A stretch of DNA of 64,000 nt from Botryllus schlosseri (lineage: Eukaryota). The DNA is taken from the NCBI GenBank assembly GCA_051294905.1, contig CM119371.1, positions 3,660,001 to 3,724,000 on the forward strand, read 5' to 3'. The notes under the pieces were generated by a model. It searched no databases and was not told the DNA's origin. It was given only the letters and a program-made list of their open reading frames with translations. This document shows positions 53,297 to 64,000 of the stretch, in pieces. A program made the position numbers and the translations under genes. The stretch's first letter is position 1; every line of letters starts with the position of its first letter.

Positions 53297-56200
53297 TACT
53301 GCACAGCCTGTCGTAGTGGTCTGGCGGAAGAGATGGACATGGCCTATTTTGCACCATTCACCCATGATTCAGCAACTACATGATACTGCACTATAGTTGT
53401 TCCAGACGCAAATGAATAGCTTAGCACAGCATAGAGGCAACTAGAGTGGAACATGACGTTACTAAAAAATCAAGACTTTGCAGTTCCAATACAGCAGTTT
53501 TCTGAAGAAAATAGCTACAACCAAAAAAAAAATCATGATAATATCTTTAATTTGATAACACTTCATTTTTGGAGCGAAGTGACCCTTGAAAACAATAATT
53601 TTTGAATATTTTTGTACGACAACATTTTTCAACAACTGATGCTTCAGCAATACTTAAACATGTTTTGCATATTGGAAAACAAAATGCATGTAAATGCTGG
53701 TTTTATTTTCGTTTTAATTGGGATCACCTCTAAAGAGGTTGCCGACCGCAGACTTTGACAACTCTATAATTCTAGTTGTCTAATTTCACTAAATTAGATC
53801 GAAATGCCAGTCATCTAATTCTAATCTAATTTTAAAAAGTCCAAGATTTTCTAGTTTTTCAAGTTTGGGCGACCGGTGGTCTAGAGTAGGTTGGCCGTAC
53901 AATACTGACGATTTTTTTGCTGAATATTAGACCGCACATACCTGGTCATAAGAGACCTTTCCTGCCGAGATACAAATCCCTCTTGCCATCTTTCTCATTC
54001 CTTCATTTCCTTGTCTGCTCAAAGCTTGATCAACCCGAATCTCATTCCCTTCCAGGTTGTTGCCGTACAGCGGTAGTCATGAAGTCACACATATGTTTAC
54101 AGACAGACTTGGACAAACTATCATCCAGTTAGTGGGTGATCAACTAACCACTGATAATTTAGTAGTTCTGGTTCTAGTTGCGGATTTCGGAAAGTGGAGA
54201 GTTTCAGTTGCGCATTTAAGAAAATAATTTGTGGTACAATGATATGCGCACCCGTACTCAAATCTGAATCAAGTACCGTAACTGAATGATTCGAGTCGAT
54301 CAGTGAAAGGCGATTTTTTGTACTAATGAAACTTTATGCCCATTTCCATCGAAAAGTTATAATTGCATCAACTTTCTGAAACCTCGATTAGTTGTATCCC
54401 AACATATGAAACATATTGTACAAAGCTATGCACGTTAGCGTCAATGACATTTCTGTGTAGCTGTGATCGCAAAGCCAGATGAAGTATTTTCAAAAAATAC
54501 CAAATCATCATTATGTGGTGACGAGCTGGCATTATGTTACGTAGTTACATGAAAAGTAGGCTACATACTCATGCTTTGGGTCTCCCATATACTTATATCA
54601 TCATCATGAGTGATTATATTCACATATATCATATATCAAATACTCGACGTGAAGCCTAATTCAGAAAAAAAACACTCATGCACTATGTATTCACTCATGA
54701 AAGTCTAGTAATTACGAGCAAACCTTTTTCCTGCATGATTTTGCCTCCAGCATCATCGTCCATCGGTAATTCCATTTCAAGTCAAAAACACAGCGACCCA
54801 ATAGGTCTCAGATTTTCATGTCATTTTAGGAAGGAATCTGGTATCTAGCACTGAGGGTAGAAAACATGATTTTTTCAATATTCATACACTGAAACCATTT
54901 TGTGCTCACTGAACGATGAAGTTTAATTACCGGTACCGTAGTTTCATAATCCCTGTTACAGTGCGGTCATAAAACAGTGTACCGGTATTAAAGTAGTTAA
55001 GAGCGGATGATGGCTTTTAATAACAGAATACAAAAAACTCTTGATATTGAAGGGAAAATTTTCAACAAACAAATGGAGTCAGGGGTCAATATCAGTCTTA
55101 ATAGCCTACCCCTTTCAATATCAATCATGCGTGACACAAACTTGGAACATTTTAAGCGCTATTCTGTCTTCATAAAAATTGGAAGCAACTTGTTATATGA
55201 AAGCTGGTTTGGGAGAGAAATGTGACTTACCGTACAGGTTTTGCCTAATGATATGTAATTGGTAGGCTAATAGACCAAGTCTAAATCAACTTCATACATA
55301 GATACTTCCGACTCCAATCTGTAATTCAATTTCAGATCAAACAAAGATTAGATTGGGTATCAATAAAGTTTCAGATTTTGCAAATATTTGGATCAAGACA
55401 TTATGAAGTATGAGTTGATATGATTGAAAAGCAATTTATTTTAACGGAATACCGGTAGGCCAACATGAGCGTTATCAGGTTATCCCATAAAAAAAAAGCT
55501 TTTTCTGCTTATTTAACCTTGAAATGAAAGTTTTTCAAGCTGATTTGAAATCGTCTGTAAATGAGATACTTTGGCAATAAATAGTTGTTCTTGTTGTTAT
55601 GTTACATAAGTTGATTGATTTTATCATGCAAGAGTTGAGGTTATAATTTCAGGTACACAGCCCCTAATGTCTCCCTCTCATTTCTGTCTATATCGTAGGC
55701 CTACTTCAAAAGTTTTGTGAAGGTTGTCACATGAATTCTGTTGCAACATGGAGTATGTACTTAAGTAATGAGTTAGATGCCAAAATTCTGTAACTAGAAT
55801 ATGGAGCATAATTTTCAGCTAAATCACCACATTTTTATAATCTGAAATATTCCCTGTAGTCCAAGTTCGTAAGTAAATATTACATAAAAACTCCTTTCCT
55901 AAAGATTCTATGCGGCAGGTATTATACGACACTATTCACCAAAATATTCAGGCAAACAGAAATGATAGGGAGAGTTATGAAATATTTTTACACGAAGCGA
56001 TTTCCATGGGCTTCACCTTCAGCTACGTTCTTGGCTGGGCACCAAAGATGAATATTTTCTCGCTGGCTTGCTGAATTTATCAATTTATACAACATGACAA
56101 CATTCTCAGGTATAAGTAGCTCATTTATAGAGACACAAGTTCAGATCTGCATAAAAAGAGTACTTGGATTTCACGGTTAAATGAGCAGAAAGCTTGTTTT

Positions 56201-57479
56201 CATCACGCGATAACTTGAAAACTTCATTCAAAATGGATACCGGTAGCTCAGCTATAGCATTTTACAAGGTGATGAGTCAAATTTCAGCAAAATCTGCAAC
56301 TTGATGGAGACCGAATTTCTCTTTGGTTCATTTCACATAGAATTACCTATATACAGCAATCACAAACAATCCAGTAAGCCGGCTTGATCATGGCTTAAGG
56401 TTGAACTTAATCAGACTTGCAGCATCATTTTACATTCAGTAATTGCATTCTCAAGTGAGGCAGGAACAAACGATCGATACTCCATGGAAACTCGCAAATC
56501 GTGTTTGATAGAAGCTGTAAGCCAATATTTTATCGGTGTCTCGTACGGACTAAAGAGTCTACTGAATACACACAGGTGTGAAGCAAGACGCTGAGAACCG
56601 TCTTGGCACACCAAACATATTACTCTAAACGTATCAGGATTCCATTTTCGGGCATAAACACTTCTTCCTTGGCGAGAGCGATTTTCAGAGTCCGGGGTTA
56701 CCGGTATTGACTATCAAGCCATGTTACCATTTCAAAAGATTTCACATCACACCAAACCTTTCGTAACAAACAGATGCAGCCAGATGCCATCACAATTTCG
56801 AATTGGTAACCTCTATTCCTATCGATATACCAAGACTGTACTATTGTATGTGAGCATAGTAGAAGCGCGAAACGGTATGCCAATAAAGCACTGGTCTACA
56901 ATCAATAAACGCTTTACCGAGTAATATAAGTGAATCAGCCTGTACTCTGAAACATATTAGCTATATCTCAAACGTCCGATCTAATTAAAACTGATATTAG
57001 TACACTCAACCAGCTGATTTCACTCCATGTTTTGACTCAGAGCCATTCATGCACGTGAGACATTAGCTCCACCACGCGGAAGAATGAAAGGCGTTAAATC
57101 GATAACATCATGCAGTTCGATATTACATTTCCTTCATAACCTATTTGCTTTTGTCATCTCTCCTAATTTTATTCTCCTGTACATGTCGTTATCATCGGAT
57201 TAGTCGATAAAGCGCACACTCGAATAGGGTACGTATTATAAGCATTTAAAAGAACTATACTGCTAGAAAAGTTGGGAGCCATCGATGCATGACGTCCTTG
57301 GAAGCCGAGGAGACCGCTTGCCTAGTAACCACTGTATATATCGTTTTGCACTTGCCCTATGCCAGGGGCGGGCAACTTGTCCGGTCAGTGAGCCGCATAT
57401 GGGAAAATTAGGCACTTGGCGGGCCAGATTACAGAATATATACAATTATATATTATACTTTAATCGCGTATTTATCCAC

Positions 57480-58115
57480 CGCTACAAGGAATCAATGGTG
57501 TTTAATACCAGCTATCCGACAGTCGTCGAGCATGTCCGCATTCAAGTCGAAATACAAGCAATTTCTCCTAAATCAATACTAGCCAGTCTTCGGGATTACC
57601 GGACCACGACCTAACATCGACCTCCTCCTTCGCCACATGCCACCTCATTTTGTCGCTTGCGTCTTATACGAGCGAGATAGTGTAATGGTTATGCGTCCGG
57701 CTTCTCGATTGGTAGGTCGTGGGTTCGATCCCCGGCCGGGTCATACCAAAGACTCGAAAAATGGTATCCGCAGCTATCCTGCTAGGCGCTCAGCAATCAC
57801 GGATAGCATGGAGGAGAAAAACGGGGGGCGCAGACTAGATGACCTTATGGGGCCGTATCGGCCGTATCGCAACTCCGTCGCCAAAGCATCGATCTCGATG
57901 GTGCAGGCGAGAAAGAATATCATATCTCCCTTATATTCTCTGCATTACTTTTCAGTCAGTGTCCATTCCTCTTATTTACTTCGCCTAGGCTAAGGTTGGC
58001 GTCTGATCTTAATTGCTGCTTCAAAGTTGTTTCGACACCTTCCTATCTTCGCATTGTATCGCAGTCTTGTGATGTTTTGAAACGATGAAAATATTAATAA
58101 ACCTGATTGATTGAT
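57480..58115 (+). mobile_element. 3' end of a CR1/L2-group LINE (5'-truncated)
   Basis: Frame WCLIPAIRQSSSMSAFKSKYKQFLLNQY* fits the usual CR1/L2 ORF2 C-terminus. It is followed by a 3' UTR, aataaa and a (tgat)n tail. Second copy at 6055-6410. Confidence 0.72.
57670..57929 (+). mobile_element. tRNA-derived SINE family 2, inserted in a LINE 3' UTR
   Basis: Intact A box TAGTGTAATGG and B box GGTTCGATCCC. The flanks rejoin to match the uninterrupted LINE tail at ~6200-6260. Confidence 0.9.
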
Positions 58116-58533
58116 GTAAACTTCAAGTTTAAAGCATAGAGATCAAAAAGAGTAATATCATGAATTTATTTACAACAGCTATTGAAGTCAATTAGACATC
58201 TATGGTTACTCAATACTAGTTTTTTGAACTCTGATTGCATGTCATATGCAAAAACCCTTAATTAGTGAAGACTGCTAATGTTCGTGGCAGTGTTAGGATT
58301 TAGTCACTGCCTTCGAATCACAAGTCATCTCGAATCATTGCACATTTTGACTCGAGTCAAGTCAAGTCACTCGATTTTTGGAGGTGACCCAAGTCAAGTC
58401 AAGTCACGAGTCAACTCAAGTTGAAATTTCAAAGTACTAGATATGATTCAAATTCATTACTAGGGCGATTTTTTTTTGACACTTCAAAAGAAGTCAAATT
58501 TTATTTTACATAACGAGTTTGATTTATTTAGCT

Positions 58534-59395
58534 CAGGGGTCACCGACACGCGGCCCGCGGGCCGCATGCAGCCCGCAAGGTCATATTTTGCGGCCCGCGA
58601 CCTGATTTGAAATTTCGGAAGAACGATTACCAAAGCATTTTGAAATGCAGACTCCCTAATTAATAAGAGGTTGAAATTATTCTTGCTACGCGCGGTTCAA
58701 TGCGAGATGATTATAGCTTTTAACATATTAGTGTCCTTTGTAATCTGAGCCCCACAGTGAAAATACGAACAGCAGAGGAAAATGTTGCGCCCCATAAAGA
58801 AATATCAATTTGCAATCGTGTTCTAGTCAAAGGGGACTAATAACAATTGGCCCACCCAAAGATGGAGTACAGCATTAATAACTTCCCCAAATTTCTTAAG
58901 AAACTTCCTGCATCTTCCGGTAAATTTGATCACGTGGGCTAAGAGAGGATAAATATTTGATAGTAATATTTGATTCTATACTAATATTAATGACGAAATT
59001 CATGAAATATGAAAATATGAAAAAATTTTCGCGCTTCGCGCGACTAGGATACGAAGTCCTGTGGTTGTTCATAGCATTTCGGTGCGCATAGTAAGCCGAT
59101 GTGAGGAAATCGATTAGTCTGGAGTTCGCCGGGAATAGACATGGACACTGGACAGTTTAATGTGGGTATCTGGCCCCCAGTCAGCCCGTAACGACTATGC
59201 ACTGGAATGCTGCCGTAGCTAACATGCCCGTCACCCATGTTAGAAAGAACAGTGTTGTATTGGCGTAGAGTTATAAAAACCTATAGCTGTGATACTGCCT
59301 TGCCTAATTATATCTCGATATTAAAGTCATGCGGCCCGCGGCCTCGACAAATTTTGAAAAGTGGCTCGCGACCCTTTTTGAGTTGGCGACCCCTG
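58534..59395. mobile_element. hAT-like MITE
   Basis: TIRs caggggtcaccgac ... gttggcgacccctg, subterminal gcggcccgcg repeats, and flanks atttagct/attagct (TSD with one indel). Confidence 0.85.
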
Positions 59396-62300
59396 ATTAG
59401 CTGTTCTTGTGTAAATCACACTAGCATGTAACTTAGTTACTCCCGCCATTTACCGGCTTCAAAAATCTAGCGTTTTTCGGCTATAACTCGTTTTGTGTTC
59501 ACAATAGGGAAAACTTTCTTCTTAAGACTGATAGAAACATGATGTTTTGGCAGCTTTCATGACCCCATGACTAGTGGTTGTCGAGATAGTCAATTTCACC
59601 CCCTCTCGCACAGACATTGGGTAATACCGGCTGGAAAAAGGAGGCAGTCCCCTAAAACCAATTTTTATTGAAGTTTCAAGTCATTTTTCGGGACTTGAAA
59701 ACCCCCTTTTTAGGATTTGAAAAAAAGTCATTTTCACTCCACCCAACAACGCATGCCTATTAACATTCCAACATTTAACGACAAATGACGATACATATCC
59801 TCACATCTTCACCAAGTCTACCTGCCTCTAATCCGAATCAAGTTCTGACAAATGAAACAATTGTCTGGCATATATCCAGATTGCTATACAATCTTTTGTC
59901 AAATTGTTCGCGTTAAATAAACCAAAGAAAATGCAAGGCTCAAATACCTGACCAATATTTATTTCAAATCGATTCTATACATTTCATAACATGAAAACGC
60001 AGCCCAATACAAAATAAAATCACGGAAATTTCCGCCACTACTCTCTACGTCTAAGATGCAGATACTGATTAGCAGTCATTAACAATACTCTTGAGTAATA
60101 ATGAGTTGCGGATAATGTCAGTAAAATTGCAAATTAGTCACAATGGACGGTAAGCGTAATTTATAGAATGTCAAGTAGCAAATCATAATATCTCAGTAAA
60201 AAGGGTACATTGAATCACATCCATAAGATTATCTGAAATTTCGATTGTTATGGATTAACAGTTTGCCTCTTTTTCTGTTAACTATGGTGTATAAAGTCAT
60301 TTAGAAGGAATTAATCACATATCAATGATAAACGAGGTCATCAAGAGAAATGAGCCAATTATATTATGCTCAAAGCATTAGAAACACTAAGGTAGCAGAA
60401 AATTTGGTCATTGGTCATAGAAGCAAGAAAAATCGTTGGCACGAAGTACAGCGACCGTCATTCTACAGAATAATATCAAGGTCATGAAATATCTTGGTAA
60501 TGAAAGTTTTAAACTCGGTAAGTATACCTTTCAACACTCTCCTGAAGTCAACTGTACTAAAGATATAGAGAAAGATCACAAGATCATGATGGAAAATGGA
60601 GAATCCTACATAATTGACATTACAATGGATTTCATCTACTACACTACATTCATTTTCAACATAATTTTTAATTTTATATTTTTTTGTTTTTTTCAGGTAT
60701 TTAATTTCTATCATAATCCATCACACAAAACGTAAAGACAGTACACAGTACACACTGTACATCTAAGAATATAACATTTTTTTTTTCATTTTTCCATATT
60801 TATGATTTTTATGTAATTTTTATTATAATCAATTATTTTATAGGTGTAGGACGATGGTATGTATTTATTTTATCCCGCGAGTCGATCCCAACTTGCGAGT
60901 ACATCCTTATAATAGCAAACAATTCAACAGGATGACGGCTTGAACTCTACGGTAGTCAAACTAACTTCGCATTCAAATCCATTCAACCAGTCATTTGTGC
61001 CGTAAAACATTCCTCTTCGGGAATATGTAGGTTCAACGTGACGTTTATGGCATTACCATTGTTTTCGTCGATTTGTGAAGCTTTATGCAACTGTTTTGGT
61101 TACTTAATTGTAAAATGCATATTAGAAATAGTTTTGTGAAATTACATCGATTGAAAATGAAATAGTCAGTTTGAATTCTAAAACGAATAGCAGTAATTTG
61201 CTCTCCACGTCTCTATTTTGTTGATGACCATTGGCTTTTGTACACGAGTAGCAATGTTGCATCTACAGTCTTTTCGCCATCTCCCTGAAAAACAATTACC
61301 TCTGAATAAATCACTATCCTAGTTAATCAATTACGTCAGCAAACTATTCGGACTGTGAGCAGAACATTAACTGTTCCCGCGGGTATGTCATAACAATGCA
61401 CTGAATAGAATTCGACTTGCTGTAGAGTACCGTGGATCAGAGTCGGATGAATCGTAGGGATTGAATCTACAGGACGATTCGGCATATAAATTTTCGCGAG
61501 ACGATTCTCACGTAGCACACAATCCAATATACGGTAACATATTTAGTCAGAACACGAATTTCATGAACATAAGCCTGCAGACAACACATGGTATTGCGGG
61601 AGCGGTATTGGCTGGGACGCAGTACTTGCTAGAGGACTTTGTTACCAGTTAACATTTCGATTAGAGAAATTGTGGTGTTTTTAACGATATCGAGTATCAT
61701 TGACACTCGAAAAGTAGCTATCGGCTTGTTTTATGGAAAGCCTAAAATATTGGTGACGATAGGCGTACTTCTGTCAGAATTGGATAATTAGATAATTCTA
61801 GTTGTCTAATTAGACTAATTAGAGCAAATGCCGGTAATGTAACTTGAATCTATTTCGTGAAATGATTCTCTGCACTAATTCTAATCTAATTGGTAAATAA
61901 TTTATATTTTCTCATTTTAATTCAAACCCTAACTCTGGTTTTCCTGTAAGTGCTACTGAGAGAATCATGTAGTGCGAAACGAGCCAAGCTTGTTGGATAG
62001 ACATTTGCTATTATCATGCTGATTCGATAGTAACGGAACTGGATTCAATGACCTAGTTTTTTGCGGACTCAGAAATTCTAATCCCAATCTAATTTGGAAA
62101 AATGTATAGCTATAACTACAGTTTTAATCTATTATGAAAAAAGTATCGCGGTAATTATAATTTTACCATAAATTGGAAATAACTGTGTAGCGTCAATTCT
62201 TATTCTACTGTATGTTGAAAGAAAAGTTAACTGTAATTATAATACTAATCAATTTTGTAAAAGCAGGAAATCTTCTAGATGACCGAGTCTGACTGGAACT

Positions 62301-64000
62301 TATCTGAAATCTTGTCGATTTGCAGCACAACTATTGAGCACATTCAATACGAAGTTTACGAAAAATTTGTAAGTTGTCACTTGCGATTACCTAAGAAAAG
62401 TATTCGACAACCAGTCCCAGTAATAATATTTGAAATGCACATACTCCAGTACTTTTCAAACTTTCATTTACACGATTGCTACATGCACCCGAGCAAAAAA
62501 TGGAACGGGATCACTCCAACTTCTGTTCGAGTTTAATCAGTGACTATTTCGATAGTCTCATTAAAAATTATGTGACAACATATTACGACCAATAACTATA
62601 TTCATTTCACCCCCAGCAGCTAAGCAGTCCGGACGCCTTAATTCTCGACCTACGCCGTATTGACATATAAATTCTTCGAGTATCTCATCGAATCTCAGTT
62701 TCATAATACAACAAATATTTCTCCCAATAAAATGAAATCTGTGTGGTCTGAATGCAGCAAGTAATCATGAATTGAAGTGACGCATTACTGCCGAAGATCA
62801 ACTTTAGTATATGTTGACAGAAGTGGTCAGTAACAAACGAACTCCACGTTTTCAAAGTATAAAAGTACGTTTTGCCCACTTACACTACTTACTTAAGTAG
62901 TTAATAGTTCAGACTACTTCTACTTCTATTCGACAACTTTAATTTCTTTTAGCAATGTGATGCGTGAGTGATGTCAAAAGTATGTTGCGACTCGATCTGA
63001 TATGATGCATGACAGAGCTATTATATTCTTGCAGAATAAACAAAGTCTTTTTTCCACAAAGCTATGTGTGATGCATCGCGTGTCAACGTTATGATGTCAC
63101 TATCCGACATCACATCAGTTAATATTGTATAATAATTTATATTATACACAGTTTGCGTCACAATATTTCTAAGCTGTTGTTTGAAACCGAATGTGTATGA
63201 GAATGGATCGACGATATAATGGAAGGATAAATCTCAACTCTCATTTTAGAACGGTCAGACTTCGCAACATCTACTCACCTCAGAAAAAACTCGTAGTCAA
63301 GTCGGTTCCAGGCACCCGTATCTTGGCCCACTGAAATAAGAAATAAGTTATATATCTGAAAATGCTTGTTAGCAAAAGATGTATGCATTCTATGAATTGT
63401 GCTCTGTTGCTGAGCCTATTGCGTAATATCTGAAACAGTCATCAGGCTCGAAGAGAGTTGAAATCATCAAAAATATAAATGAATTGTGTCCTACGATACA
63501 CGGTGATTTAGTTATGGTAGGTAGGCGTGCGGAACTTGCGCTTATCTACTATTTTAAATCCGAATCCTATTCCTGATGATACATTCAAATCCAAGTACAA
63601 ATCCATATTTTATTTTGTCTCGCGTCCATATCCACGTCCAATCCGGTAATGGCTGAAACTTGTTCAAAAAGTCACATGAAAATGAAAGTTACGTGAAATT
63701 CTATGTTAGAGTACGGATGAAAATCCATCTTCGAATGAATTATAAACCATTATATAATGCAGTGGTTCCCAACGTGAGCGATTTGGCAGTCTAGGGGGGC
63801 GAAAATGGACAAAGGGGGCAAAAATAACGAAGGGGACGATAGGGGAGCGATGGCGCGTTCAACGGATATATTGGAGTCAAGTCGCAGAAATGATCTTCTT
63901 TTTTTCGTCAACCCATGAAAATTTAGTTGTAAAAGTGTAAAACTTCGATGTCGAGCCGAAAATTTGACCTTTTTTTTTATTTAACCCGCCGGTGGTTACA

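Larger units (their letters stand above)
48128..54064 (-). pseudogene. RBM28: RBM28/NOP4-like pseudogene copy C. Exon remnants: 53942-54064, 51945-52034, 49125-49268, ~48128-48314 (truncated by a MITE)
   Basis: Translations: GNNLEGNEIRVDQALSRQ..DGKRDLYLGRKGLL*PG; IAIGMSKRCALVLFKT; TQAPEGLNETEWKKHVKIEKANRAKLKN..TTRLCADNLTRSV; RRGVVITESRVIRDL. Exons and flanking introns are visibly paralogous to 38.3-42.6 kb. Confidence 0.82.

Overview
AT-rich eukaryotic DNA, most likely from an invertebrate animal, with spliceosomal GT-AG exon remnants. I can support no intact protein-coding gene, and most of the ORF track is noise. Three things fill the window. (1) A minus-strand array of decayed, intron-containing copies of the nucleolar multi-RRM gene RBM28/NOP4. 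About 18 exon remnants lie between ~15 kb and ~54 kb. They are recognisable only after splicing and frameshift correction, and some are out of gene order because of internal duplications and deletions. (2) A dense, often nested set of non-autonomous DNA transposons: hAT-like MITEs with 8-bp TSDs, TA-flanked foldback MITEs, a 4-bp-TSD foldback element, a MITE carrying telomere-like repeats, and an internally deleted pogo-type element. (3) Two tRNA-derived SINE families and CR1/L2-type LINE 3' ends. Further splice-bounded exon remnants belong to unidentified genes. Protein identities rest on my recollection of the human RBM28 sequence and of family motifs, not on a database search.
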